A DNA stretch of 64,000 nt from Rhizophagus irregularis. Taxonomy: Eukaryota. The position numbers and the translations under genes are program-made. Position 1 is the first letter of the stretch, and each line of letters begins with the position of its first letter. A model generated the notes under the pieces. That model did no database searches. It was not told the origin of the DNA and saw only the letters and a program-made list of their open reading frames with translations. The stretch covers positions 4,960,001 to 5,024,000 of the forward strand of contig NC_089429.1 in NCBI RefSeq assembly GCF_026210795.1, read 5' to 3'. Shown piece by piece: positions 11,594 to 25,519 of this stretch.

Positions 11594-11850
11594 TGCACTA
11601 TGCTCCTCCCATAAAAATTACGCATAGCACCATGCCGTACCACAACCGACCGGTCCTATCGCAGGACTACAGCAAAATCTGGTACCCACGAGCTTACTAA
11701 AAGTAAGCGCCTATGCTCCAACCTTCGCATAGTACTATACCGCCCCAAAAATCCCAGCCAGCCCTACCGTGAGACTGCAGCAAAAGCTGGTACTCACAGG
11801 CTTACAAAGTAAGCATGCTATGCTCCCACCCATGCATAGCATCATGCTGC
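11594..11850. repeat. GC-richer ~106-bp tandem repeat (~2.5 copies) with conserved hairpins
   Basis: GCATAG anchors at 11622, 11727 and 11834; shared core GACTRCAGCAAAAKCTGGTACYCAC..GCTTAC..GTAAGC..CTATGCTCC. Confidence 0.75.
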
Positions 11851-13819
11851 TCCATAAAAACACCCAAAAGACTACTACAATATATCTCTAGACGTTTAAC
11901 GTTAAGTATATGTAGTAACAAAAAGAAAAATATAATAAAATGAATATGAACAAGAGGAAGGATGAGAATATGACAAGTGTGAGAAGGAAGAGTGTGAAAG
12001 TTTAAGATGATAAGAGTGAAAAGAGATGAGAGAGGAAAGAACGAAAAGCAAAAGAAGGAAAAGAAGAGTGAGAGAAAAAGGGAAGACGATTTGTAGTTTT
12101 TATGATAATTTATCATAATAGATCAATAATTGAGTTGAGATGACTCATTATTATATGGATCACATCATATGCATAATATTTATTTTTCTAGCTATAGAGT
12201 TTTTACGTTATAATAGTATAATAGTATGAAAAAATACATCATGTTCGGCGCTTAAAAAAATACGTAATCGTGTGCAGTAATAAAAACTCCTACAGAGACT
12301 CTATATTTCATAAATATGTAGATTACTATTTTCTTATTTTACTTTTTATTCCACATAGGCCATAGTCGTTTGATTGGATACCTACATAATTTTTTACAAT
12401 AAATTACATACTTGAGTGCTAAAATATGTGTTATTTTAGTTGGATGTCATTAATAAAGAATATTGTCATAAAAACCATTAGAAAAGACTAAAAAATTATT
12501 CACATTTTTTACAATATTTATTAACAAACATTTTACAGTACACTCGAATTGAGCTCAAATAATATAATCATTGGCTAGAATATTATGCTCTTTTTAGGAC
12601 CAAACAGTTCGTGAATTATTTGAATAATTAGAAACGAGTGAATAATTAAGGTAACGTCAAGTTGAACGGACATTTTACCAATTATTATTGTTACATTTTA
12701 TGAATCTGGCAAAATTTTAGCATTTAAGGCTCTTATAATTGAAGACAGTGATAGTTATAATTTGATATTTACCGTAAATATATATACACAGTATATTCAA
12801 AAATTTGGCGAAATAATTGAAAGGAATGATGGTGGAAATTTGTTAACTATAAATCTGTAAGTTCTTGGTAATAAATTAAAAGGTCCATATCATTATGTTT
12901 GTAACTCGGTATACTTTAAATGGTATAATTATTTGTTATTTAATGTTTACACAAAATGATAAGTTCCTTGTATCCATTACTAAGGATATAATTAGCGTTG
13001 TGGGTGAATACAAAAAAAATTATATCGTAAATATAACAACAATTTAGAAATATTTTTTAATAATTGTAAAAAAAAAATTTGTTATTACTTCAACAAATAA
13101 GGATGTATTTAAATTTTTGTGTTATTAAAATACATGGGTTATTTAATTTGGAAACATGAGAGTTGTTTTTTAAAAAAAACAATACTCCTGCATAAAAAAA
13201 AAAAATCAATTTTTTTATTATGAAAAGTTAATTATATATTAGATAAAGATATAAAAAATAAATTACGTAAAGAATTACGATGAACTGTAAATTATGTGAG
13301 GAAATATTATATATTATTTGTGTCAACGATGGAAAGAAAGTAATAATAAAAAGAAACCTCTTTGATCAAAGTTATTAAATCACGTGATGGTGTCATTTTT
13401 CTTTGATTCCTAATTTGGCATTAATGTGCTTTTTTTGGTAACAAAAAATTGAAATGAATTTTTTTTTTAATGATAAATTATTCACTAAATTTTCTGATAA
13501 AATAAATACGAAAAATCATTTTCATTGAACTTTAGGTCAAAGTTTTATAGGGCCAGTGAAACATTAAAATAATAGTTTTTTCACAGTTCATGTGATTTTA
13601 TAAGATTATTGAGATTTAAAATCGTAAATCACAAAAATTGTTTTTCACGTGAAATTAATTTTACCAAATAATACAATTTTCTAAAAATTCATTCCATCCG
13701 TAATTATGGATTGTCAATATGCATAGTATGGAAACAACTATTTTCGACATAGAATTTTTAACTTCTTTAAAGAAAAGTTCAATAGAATTCCGTTTTTTTT
13801 CTATTTTCATAATAAAATA

Positions 13820-13895
13820 TAAATACTCCATTAAATAATTTTCACGGTCAATTTTATTAAATACTCCATTAAATAATTTTCACAGTTAATTTTAT
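13820..13895. repeat. 38-bp tandem duplication just upstream of kinase ATG
   Basis: TAAATACTCCATTAAATAATTTTCACRGTYAATTTTAT occurs twice in tandem. Confidence 0.9.
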
Positions 13896-13920
13896 AAAAT
13901 ACTTACTTGAATACAACGTT

Positions 13921-16525
13921 ATGAACACAAAAAATAATTCATTTTATACTACGCCAAGACTAAAATCTAGTCCTATGCCCGTTTTGTTTATTCCTTTTAA
14001 GAATGGTGAAAAAAAATGTAATTATTGTGGAAATGAATATTCCGAGACAATTAATTTTAAACAAAAATATTGCAAAAATTGTTTATTTTTGTATATTAAA
14101 AATTCAGAAAATGCAACTGGCAATAATACATACTTGGATGTACGTATAAAATATACTCAATGTATTGAACATGATATAGATAGGAGTAGTACGAACATTC
14201 AAGAATGGTGTAAACTTTGCTCTGAGATTTTATGCTTTAGACAAGTAACCCCAAATATTTCATCATTCAACAATCTAAATCCAAATTTGATTATAACAGG
14301 CTTCGAATTTTATGACTATCTAAATTATAATCTTTCTTTTGGGATAGTAAAATCAATTTTAACTAAAAAGTCCATTCCAATTCTCTATTTATCATGGTGG
14401 GCTAATTATGATGAATGTATAATTTGTCATCAAGAACTAGAATATATAAACGAGAATCCAACAAATATCACAAAGATACAATCTGATTGTCGAAAATGGT
14501 GTTCTCATTGCTATATGATTTATACTGGATGTAGATATTGTTTAACAACAAATGTTATTTTCGGAATTATAGATCAAACACAATGTAAGAAATGCAATAG
14601 GATATTATATATTGATATTACAATTTTTGGCAGTAGAAATTATATTATAGATGATTTTATTATTTCCACAAAATTGAACTATGATAAATTCTATGAGATT
14701 GCTATTTATAATAGCGTATTTGGTAATGTAAGTGTAAATCCATTAAGTATACATACGTTTATTATGAACTTTCTATATATAATATCATTTAAACAAGAAA
14801 TAAAGTTGATTCCACATTCTCAAATCAAATATTTAAAGAAAATAGCAGAAGGAGGATTTAGTATTATTTATAAAGCAACTTGGTCCAATGGCGTATACAA
14901 TACTGATGTTGCTATAAAAAAATTACATGATTCACGAAATATCAGTAAAGATTTTCTAAATGAGGTAATATTATTTAGCGCTAATATATTGTATTATGTT
15001 GAAATGTACTTATCTTTTTTTTTATTTATACTTTAGTTAAAATTACTTTATCAATGTAATCAATGTAATAATAAAATTATAGAAAGGGTAATTATTACCT
15101 GTTATGGTATTACACAAGATCCTATAACGAAAGAGTACATGTTAGTAATGGATTATGCAAATGGTGGAAATTTACATGATTATTTGCAAAAGAATTTTAT
15201 AAATATTACATGGAAAAAAAAAATAAATATTTTATGGGAAATTATAAATGGGTATATATATTTTTGATGCATTAGTTTATTAAATGTTTTAAGTTCATTA
15301 AAAAAAAAATTTTTTTTATTTTAGACTTCAACATATTCATGACAATAATATTATACATAGAGATTTTCATAGTGGAAATATTTTATTATCTTATCAATTG
15401 GAAGATGAAGAAGGTAAAGTTATACAAAATTGGAAAATTGGAGACTTAGGATTATCACAGCTTGTAAATGATAATCTTTCAAATAATGAAGTATATGGAG
15501 TAATACCTTATATTGCGCCAGAAATATTCAAAGGAGCTGCATTTTCAAAAGAATCCGATATATATAGTTTGGGTATGATTATGTGGGAACTTACAACAGG
15601 TTGTAAACCTTATTCCAATATTGAACATGATATTCACCTTATGTATGAAATTATTGATGGAAGGCGGCCTGAAATTACAGATGATACCCCTGTATGTTAT
15701 GCTAATTTAATGAAAAAATGTTGGAATTCTGATCCTTCGAAGAAAAGACCAACTATTGATGAAATCATTTGTACAGCTAGAAAATGGGTTCATGGTACAT
15801 TTCATAGTACATTTGAGCAAGCCGAAAGAAAAAGATTAGAATTAATACAATTAAAGAAACTTGGACCTGACTTTTATGAAAAATATCATTCAAAAGCGAT
15901 TTATACAAGTAGAGCATTAAGTTCTTTAATTTCTCGATCTTCTACAAAATTATCTTCAATTATTTCATTTAATTCATTTAACGCGAAACAAGGTATATTA
16001 CAATACACTGTAAAAATAATTAACTATTAATTTAAAAAAAAACTTAAATACTTCAAGTTTATATATAATAATATCTTTTATTAATTTATAGAATATATTA
16101 CAAAGGAAATTGATCTTGATATTGATATAAATAATATTCAAAGGTAATTACCGTAAATTATGAATATTATATTTTACAAAAAAAGTTAAATACTCTACTA
16201 TTATACATTCATTTATTTAGTTCATCTGCACGAAATATAAATTCAGCTGCTCAAGACACATTTAACTCTCAGAATCAAAACGGAATTTATATCAGTAGAC
16301 CATTAAGTGTAACTAAAGACTCTTCAAGAAAACGTAATTTTGAAGAATTAAAGATTGAAACTCAAAAAAATAGTGAGTAAATTTTTTTTATTTGCATATA
16401 AATAAATAATATTCAGTTTGTAGAATATTTTGTTAATTGTTAAATTATTGTTTTTTCTTCTTTTTCTTTTTTACAAAATAGGCAAACATTTTAAGGCTGA
16501 TAATTCATATGAAGAACTTTATTGA
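13921..16525 (+). CDS. TKL-type protein kinase with Cys-rich N-terminus (6 exons)
   Basis: Exons ~13921-14964, 15037-15251, 15325-15992, ~16093-16143, 16221-16372 and 16482-16525 with GT-AG introns. Motifs EGGFS, VAIK, HRDFHSGN, DLG, APE. Confidence 0.85.
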
Positions 16526-17356
16526 CTGTGATTGTGTTGTTAAATTTTCTGTTCATCGAAAATTTTATACTTAAAATTAACTTAGTTCGTACAATTGATT
16601 ATTTTAGGTAATCAAACTAGAATGTGTTTATTATACTAACTATTAAATATAAAGAAGTTTAACATTTCTTGGGTATGATTAGAATCGGAATATTTTATAA
16701 AGGTGAAATTTACGAAGATTCATTTCTTAACAAATACTATATTTTCCACTATCTAATGATCCTATCAAATAAATTAGTTTATTAAAAGAATTTGTAAAGT
16801 TTTATATTAATCATTTTTATTAATAAACATAAATTCTCAGATGTTTCAACAGCAAATTTTTTATATATTAACCATCAAACTATAAAAATTGGCTTTTTTA
16901 GAAATAAATGTATGACATGATTTATTGTATATATAATACATGATAATATTTTATTATATAAAAAAACATACAAAATATGCTTCTGTAAGTAATTTCCAAT
17001 AACCATAGTACATTTCAATACGTAGAAATCCATATAATAATTGTGGTTGTTATATATCCTTAAAAATAGAGATTAAGCTTTATGCTATGTGAATAACTAG
17101 ATACTAATTATCCTATAAATTTACACTATGTTTTTGTATTTCAAACTAATATTAATAACGACGAAGTTAAAGGATCTGAGCTATAAATTAAAAATATTGT
17201 AGATCTTTCTTTCAGATAATGTCAATGGAAACCAGTTTGATTATGTGTAGACATTTACTTATAATTATTATACTTACTGCATGTCAAATAGAGTTATTTT
17301 GTTAAAAGAAACTAATCATATTACTGGCAATAGTAAATTAGATAAAGGACTATATA

Positions 17357-17780
17357 TGTGCCTCTGGCGTCGCTTTGCGTCAGTTGATGCATCAGGTGTT
17401 GATTGACATCTGACCTGCGTCACCTGTATCGCACAATAAAGGTCTTCATTAGTAAACACTTTTTTTTATTAATGAAATTACTATGAAAATTTATACCTAA
17501 TCGATTTATTTGAAATTATTGTTGAAAATATTTATAATTTATAATAATATTGAATGAAGTGTTTCCCATGAGTTTGAATCGGAACAATCTGATACTTTGA
17601 TATTTTAGAATTACATATTTTTAATGTGATAAGTAAATTTATTTAATAATAAATTTTATAGTATTAAGTCTGGATAATTTAATATTTGTTTATACTTTAA
17701 TGTTATATGACAAGTGACACGCATCAGGTATCAATTTACATCTGGCGCATATCAGGCGCTTAATCGACACCTGAGGCACA
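17357..17780. mobile_element. Degenerate MITE (~424 bp)
   Basis: Inverted ends TGTGCCTCTGGCGTCG / CGACACCTGAGGCACA (14/16), with subterminal ATCAGGYG-like repeats; no clear TSD. Confidence 0.6.
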
Positions 17781-18699
17781 AGATGTAAATATTATATGCT
17801 AATTTTTATGATATTGAAATAGAATAAATAGAATAAATAGTATACGAGATTAGCTTTATTATATTTTGTGGAATAAGAAAAAAAGGTAAGTACCAATTAA
17901 AAGATTAGAGTATGAATGTTAAAGGAACATTTTAAACTCAAATTAATCATCACTATTTTTAAATATTCCACTTGTATATTTTTTGGCAAATTCATACCTC
18001 TGTTCAATCTACTGTATCATGAATTTTTGAAAACATTTTTTTTAAAATCATTCTCTAAATAGTGATTAATTCAAATATTTTTTTTTTTGGACTATTCTTA
18101 AAATAATGTTATTTTTGTCAGAAATAAAATAAAGTAGTTTTAGAAAGCTATTTTATTAATCTAATTTTCGTATATACAATAGAATATGTCAATAAATTAT
18201 AAATTAATATACAGTGATTTTTTTAATGTGCCCGAGTCACTCTTTATTATTATATTAGAATTTCGTGAACTATAAAAACATGATAATAATAAAATTGACC
18301 TCCTACCCAGTCGGCAGATACCGATAATAAATAATAAGTTATAAACAATAATTTATAATTATAAACAAACAAACATTGATTATGCCAAAAAATGAAAAGA
18401 ATCAATCAGTCTAATTATCTGAATCACATGTATATTATTCTGGTGCCAATTTTGATGACTGATGGCCAATATAATCTTGGTTAATGTAGATAAGAATTTT
18501 TTTAATTATCATAATTCACACACAAATAATATATCGGATATACCTTGTTACAAAACAATAAATTATTACACATAATGAATTTACAATTATATAAATAAAG
18601 CAGGTATAGGACCTTAATGTAAGCTCAGATAATTTGTGTTCAGAATGTTTCTTTCACAATCTGCATTGTGAGTTATAATTCTATGCATATTTTTTTAAT

Positions 18700-21600
18700 A
18701 GGATCTTCTCCTTTTTTTAATTCTACTAATATCCACCAATTTATAGGGATACTAGTACCTTTTACATATTATTTGTCATTTGAGAATCTTTATCGCAGAA
18801 CTTGGATATTGCAGAACTTGACCAACATTTATCAAATAAAAGTTGCACAGATCATTCCAAAACGTACTCACTGTGGATTATCAAAAGGCTTATTTCTACT
18901 TTGATATACTAACTAAGCCAAGCTGTGTAAATAAGAATTGGAACTATTTATTCCACCACCCTGGTTTTTTCAAATATAATTGTCTCTTTAGCAATGGTAT
19001 TTTAAAAATATCTTGTTGAAAGCAAAATACTAGAAATTTATAATATGAATATATTAAATATGTAAAATTAAAAATTATTAAATAGCAATGATATTAATAA
19101 TAACATTCTTAATTTTATATTCTGGATAAAGAAAAAATGCCAACATATAACTCCTCATCTTCAAATAAAATGTTTCCATAGAATAACAAAAAGTCTATTA
19201 AAGGTATACAGTTTTCCAATATTTATTAATTTTTAATGCTAAAATTCATTACTATAAAAAAACCGATAAATGATATTGATGTATTGATTTAAATAAATAT
19301 TAATATCAAATTCAGTTCTTTTCACCTTTTATTAAAAATAGCAATGCATTTTTGTTTAAAACTAGATTAGGTTGATGAACGGTGACTTTGTCACCACCAG
19401 ACTGGCTGAGATTTATGTTATTAGGTTTTATTATTTTATATGAGTATTTTGTTTATTATGTAAATAAATTTAAATTTTTCTGATAAAATTTAAGGAGATA
19501 ATATTTGTGGTGATTGTTATTTGTGAATAAGAGTTGTTTAGTTAGTTGGATTGGTTATGGATATTATTAGTTAATAAATCAATTGTAGATTTAGGCTATT
19601 GTAAAGGTTTTATTTCTAAAATTTGGAATACATGTGATGATACTTTTATTTGAATAAATTGTTTATGATTTGAAAGAAAAAAAAATTGACTTGGAAAGAA
19701 TAGATTTTACCTGTATTTATAGATATTTGAATAATTGTTGATTTTCTTATGGTTATATAATTATTTATTAAATAATAAGTTTATATTTATTGTTTTTATT
19801 GTTTTGGTAAATATTATTAGTATTTAATATAATGTACTAATTGAACTAATTAAGCTACATAAAGAATAATAAGGAAAAAAATATAAAATATATTTATTAG
19901 TAAATGATCCAATATTTTATTTTGATGTTTTTCTTTCTGTTTTTCTTCCCATTTTTTTGCTTGATTTTCCTCTTTGCTCTTGATGTTTGTTATCTTGAAC
20001 AGTTGTATGATTGTCATCTTGTATAATTGTATTATCAGCCTGAATTTCATTTGATAAGTCATTGTTTACATTTGGTTGTAAAAAGATTTCATCTTGTGAA
20101 TCAATATTAGTTTGCATGAGGTAATGATAAAGAAGAAAGTTTTGGAATTTTTTGTGGATGGGACAAAACTGATACCTGAGTTTTCTCTCTCTTCTTAGAT
20201 TTTGTTGAGAATGATTTGGCTATCTCTGCAGCAGCTGAGGTTGATGATTGCATAAAAGTGTCACTTGTTTGTTTTTTTTCCTAGGAATAAACTTGAGGAT
20301 TTATGTGATGATGAGTGTGTCTCAATAAAATTTATTTGTGTGATTCTTACAAGAAGTAGGTCTTCTATTATTGACAAATAGCCTGTTATGTATAGAGAAG
20401 AACCATGTAAAATTTTAGCTGAACTGGAAGTATGTGTGCATCTTCTGGGAAATGGTATAATTTAAATGAGAGCGAGTTATTATTTTGGTTATCAATGTAT
20501 TCTCTAGCATTTAAAGGAAGAGTAATTTTATTATCACTAATTTCTGAATTGTCAGAAGCAACACCTATAAGTACAATAAATAATGAAGATTTAGAAAACT
20601 CTTCATCATTAATTTAATATTTATTTTCTGTGTAAAATTTATTCACAAACATCCCATGCTGTATTCCAATGTGTTTTGACTGAATTGAAAAAAAAATTTT
20701 AATTTCCTTATATAATGCATTTCCAGCTCTATGTCCAATCATAAAAAAGTGAAATTTCTGATATTTTTGTAGTCTTTTTTTTTTGCCTATTCAATTGAAA
20801 TTATATCTTTAGTTACTGAATTAATATGATTTTCTATGCATCTGACTATCATTATGTGGATATTTACTCATTACTTTTCTTTTAGCTGATTGTATAGCTA
20901 CTTCCGAATCCTGAAACAACTGCTATAATTTATCTTTATCTATTTTTCTATAACTTTAATTAAGTATTTGTTCTTCATTAAATTCAGCTGTATGATGTTG
21001 AGATAAGAAATCATCAATCAAATATAGTAGAGTTATAATTATAAATGCATATTTTGTTTAATCTCTGGTACACAATCGCTTGATTGCTCACTAACTTTAA
21101 ATAAAAATTAAAATAATTTATAAATAAAACAGTCATGCAAAATAATTATATGATACATACAAATAGTGGGTTGTCTCCATCATAATTATTCCAATAACAA
21201 AATTTTCCACAACACCTCCCTTATTAAATGATTGAATATTAAGTTCATGAATCATCTAACAATAAGAAATGTTTAATATTTTATATAATAGTAAAATTAA
21301 AAAATTCTAACTCAAAGTTGAATTCTTCACTTAATGTAATACTTCCTCAATTTTTAATGTTATATTAGCTGTTTTTGAATCCAAATAAGTAGTTGAAAGT
21401 ATTGTTCACTTTAGAAATTCATATTTAAAGCATAAACTCTTTATAAAAAGTAGAATTTACGACAGAAAACAGATTTCCACAATATACAAAGCAATGTATT
21501 AAAGCTATATTAGTTTTTGTAAAATCAGATATACTATCCTTTTATAATTAGCACTAGCAGTAAGCTTTGTAGAATTATTGCTATCTTTACTTTGATGATA

Positions 21601-22395
21601 TTGCAAGCAAATTTTAATATTATATGTAACTTTAGAATATTTTAAAGCTAGATGTAATTTCATTTTATTTGGCTTTCCATGTTTCCAAGTTGCTGAACAA
21701 AATTTACATATTGCTCCCTTATGAGAATTATTTGGAATATCTACAATATTAAAGTATTCATAGTATATTTTATCCTCTTTTTTTGCCTCCTTTTTTATGA
21801 ATTAAGTTGAAGTATTGTTTTCTATATCTTTTAATGTATTTGATTCATTTGAATTAATATTTAAATAATTTAAATCATCAATATCTAAAATAGTGCTCAT
21901 ACTATCCAAAGTACTATTATCAGTGCTTTATTAAATTAAATAAAAGTGAATTAATATATAAATATATTAACATACATACTATTGTTAAAAAAGTTTTTCT
22001 TAAAAAAAATAATAGAATGATTTATTAAAAAGAAAATTGTATTTATATTTTTAGAAATGATATAAAAAAGAAAATTTTTTTTTTTTCTAATGCATCTCTC
22101 ATTAGCTGTATTTATAATCTATTTTTACTAGTAAACTGAATATAATGCAAAAGGTTGAAAACAAACATTAAAATTATATTAATTTTTATTAGGCTTAGCA
22201 CTTAAATACTTTAAAAAAAAAAGCCACCATTCAAAATATTTAATAAAGAAGCCATAATTTAAACATTTAACTAATAACAAAAAGCCACAGTACTTAATAA
22301 AAAGCCATTAAATCAAATATTTAACATAAAAGCCATTAAACAAAAAAGCCATTATCCGAATCAGCCTAAAATCAGCCTAAAACCAGCTAATAGAA
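18700..22395 (-). mobile_element. Heavily decayed hAT transposon (BED finger + DDE core), interrupted by unrelated sequence at ~19.4-20.6 kb
   Basis: Minus-strand remnants with many stops: HKGAICKFCSATWKHGKPNKMKLHLA (~21720-21650), HTAEF, AIQSAKRKVMSKYPH and VKTHWNTAWD (~20660). AAAAGCCA subterminal-like repeats lie at 22218-22352. Boundaries are approximate. Confidence 0.6.
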
Positions 22396-22401
22396 CAAAA
22401 A

Positions 22402-22680
22402 ATGGCTTAGATCAATTGACAATATCAACAATTTTCCCTAGTATAATAATATAAATTTTTATGTAAAGATTAAAATTATATGGGTGTAGAGCAATATTAA
22501 CAGCAAGATCTGAAGTACCTGAAAATCTCGAAGAACTACTTTATAATGGGATGAAAAAGAGTTAGTACAAAAAGCAAATTTCTTTTTCAACGATCAAATC
22601 TTCTGAAATGAAAATTATGTTAGAATAATATATGTATTTAGGGCCAATTAAAGAAAATTCTCTGACTAAATACAATTCCT
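22402..22680 (+). pseudogene. BTB domain fragment
   Basis: AAATTATATGGGTGTAGAGCAATATTAACAGCAAGATCTGAAGTA...CTACTTTATAATGGGATGAAA with stops and frameshifts. Confidence 0.75.
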
Positions 22681-22943
22681 AATGGTTGAAAGTGCAGTTA
22701 AGATCTTTAATGTTATTAACCGGCCGAGATATTTATAATTCTGAATTAAATCACGGAAAATTTATTAAAGGTCGAGCTTTTTGTAATTTTTGCATTATAC
22801 CCAAAAAGTATTCAGTATTGATAGTTATTATCAATTCTATTAATCGAACTAAATAACTTAATATAAGTAGGTTTATTTAAATAATTTGTTCCTAATATAT
22901 AATTGCAATACAATAATTTGATATCCTAAGCTACCCTAAGCTT

Positions 22944-23112
22944 TGAGTTTCCTTCATTCCATTATAAAGTAATCTATCGGATCTTGCTGCTAAAATTGCT
23001 TTACAACCGTATAATTTTTTTTTCATCTTCGCATAAGATTTCTATATCGCTATATTTAGGATTATTTATTAATAATTTTTAGATCTTGTCCTAATGAATA
23101 TCCTCTCATCAT
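22944..23112 (-). pseudogene. BTB 5' fragment
   Basis: MMRGYSLGQDL... with a frameshift and an internal deletion; it ends after NGMKET. Confidence 0.8.
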
Positions 23113-23775
23113 TTCCGAAAAATATTTTTAAGAGCGATGTTCAATGATTTATTCTATTTACAAACTTATTTTTGTACCATGTTACGTTGCAGATATCATA
23201 CTATATTAAGAAAAATTACTGATGGTGAAAGACTGTGACATACAGTATATTGAGCGATTTGAGCGTACTATATACATCAATACAATAAAACCTATGATTT
23301 AAGATTACTTATTAAGTTTATAAATATTTAAATGGTAAATATCGTTAAGTTCCTGACTATTAGATATATCCTGTTGGTACTTTGTACCAAGTAAAACGTG
23401 TAATTGTTTTTTTGTTTCAAACTTGCAAAATTTGTTTCAGTAGGTTTATAATTTTATATACATTGAAAAAAGTGGTACATGATTGTATCTTTGCTAACAT
23501 CAGCAAACTTGCAAATATTTCTCAGAAATATATTTTATTAGTTAAAAACTAATCTTTTGTTATCTTCTTTGTCATCTACTTGTAATACACTTGTCATAAT
23601 ATATATAAAAAGTATAATAGCCGACATAAAGTGTGTGCAGTGTGTGCGATGTTGATTCGTGTGACATATAAATCACTTGTAAGTTAAGTGGAAATTTGAT
23701 ATGTATGTACGTAAAATATAATTAATATCTAAATATATTATGAAATATAGTTATTTTATGCTGGTAATTTTTTTT

Positions 23776-25182
23776 TTAATTTTTTCGATAAGATTGAATT
23801 CTATAGCGGGCATTAGCGTATAATGATACCACTGGATAAAGCTTTAATGGTAAAATCCATTCTGTTACCTCATTATACCTAATACCATTGACTGTAAAAG
23901 CACAAGTTTTTTTATTTGTATCCAAATGAACAGTAATTTTTGTTCCATCTCCAAATGAAGGACAATATTTTATCGATTTATCATAATTACGACAATAACC
24001 TTCAGAACCTAATACCCAACCATTAGGTTGAGTTCCTGCAAATCTTTCATAGTCAAAATTTTCTGATGAACATACTCCAACCCAAGACCATAAACAATTA
24101 TTCTCAATAATAACATCCCATTCAAAAATACCTTTATTTTCTAATGCTATTTTAGCTCTTACACTTTGATGTAAATAAAGATCATTTGGAGCACGTACAA
24201 CTTTCCCATTCTCCTCAATAATAAGTTCTGATCCACATGCTGATTCATCCCAAGTAAGATCAGAACCATTAATTCGATAAATTGGTATTCCTCTGATATT
24301 GTTTAAAACTGAATTAATCGATTTTGAATTATTTTGAATAATTTTAGTAGGGATAATTTTCAACGGCTCAATGATATCAAGTTGATCTTTACTTATTCGC
24401 CTGAAATCTATGTATTCGACTAAAGGCTCCAGTTCTTCAGCAACCTTTTGATGATCTGTAATATAATTATTTTCTACTGGGTCAAAATTTTCTGTCTGTT
24501 CTAAAGTAGGTAAACATTTTATAAGAGTTTTGTATGCTTTTTCGGAAACTTGTTCTGCTGCTAAAATGACACTATATCGAAAAACCTCATATTCTGGTGT
24601 TGTAAAAGGTATTTCCTTCTCATAGGTACAGAATAAAAGATATTGAAGAGCTGTAATAGATAAACGACCAAATTCAATATCATTTAATGATATGGAAGCT
24701 ACTTCTTTAACCAATAAATTAAGGAGATTATTATTTTCTGTTAACGGAAAAGTTTTTACAAATTTAGATAATAATTCTGGTGAATAACATTTTGTGTGAC
24801 TCTTTTTTAAAGTACTTAAAATAGTTTTAAGAGTTTCAATAATTAATTTTTGAAGACCTGATAATTGAAAATAATCTGCAGCATTATAAGCATCAACTAT
24901 ATTATCAATATTTAAAGAATTTTCTTTAACTAATCCGGTATAAATATATTCTAAAATAATTTCCATTCCAGAAGAATTGATCGTTGGAAAGGAAATTTTG
25001 TTTTCATAACTTTCCTTCATCCCATTATAAAGTAACCCATCAAGTACCTCGGATCTTGCTGCTAAAATTGCTCTACAACCGTATAATTTTTTTTCATCCT
25101 TACAAAAAATTTCTATGTCACTATACTTTGGATTATTTACTAGCAAATTTAAATCTTGTTTTAATGAAAGTCCCCTTTCCAT
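23776..25182 (-). CDS. BTB/POZ-BACK-SPRY protein (paralog 3, 468 aa, most divergent)
   Basis: Same domain order and motifs as the other paralogs; intact ORF. Confidence 0.93.
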   Translation of the reverse strand: MERGLSLKQDLNLLVNNPKYSDIEIFCKDEKKLYGCRAILAARSEVLDGLLYNGMKESYENKISFPTINSSGMEIILEYIYTGLVKENSLNIDNIVDAYNAADYFQLSGLQKLIIETLKTILSTLKKSHTKCYSPELLSKFVKTFPLTENNNLLNLLVKEVASISLNDIEFGRLSITALQYLLFCTYEKEIPFTTPEYEVFRYSVILAAEQVSEKAYKTLIKCLPTLEQTENFDPVENNYITDHQKVAEELEPLVEYIDFRRISKDQLDIIEPLKIIPTKIIQNNSKSINSVLNNIRGIPIYRINGSDLTWDESACGSELIIEENGKVVRAPNDLYLHQSVRAKIALENKGIFEWDVIIENNCLWSWVGVCSSENFDYERFAGTQPNGWVLGSEGYCRNYDKSIKYCPSFGDGTKITVHLDTNKKTCAFTVNGIRYNEVTEWILPLKLYPVVSLYANARYRIQSYRKN

Positions 25183-25519
25183 TTTTTTGTTAAAAAAAAA
25201 AACCGAGTAAGTTTTAAAAATTTTAGAAATGCGATACTTATCAGTTACTGCACTGTAACAGTATACAAGGAGATTTGTAACACCTTAAGTTTCAAAAAAA
25301 AAGACCCTCCTCGTGTTATTTTTTTGACCCGCATATACTGTATTACATACAGGAAGATCAAAAAAGGATGTCATACAGGTCAAAAAGATAATTTTGCCCT
25401 TAAGTTTACGCCTCTATGATACTGTATCACGCATGTAATACAATATTTCATGTGACACAAATAAATTGTATTACGCAATATAAAATTTTACGAAACGTTA
25501 CTTAATACGCTTGACATAT

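Noticed and set aside
19400..20620. Segment within the decayed hAT with short minus-strand ORFs
   Set aside because: Probably a decayed gene or TE, but I could not assign a family or boundaries.
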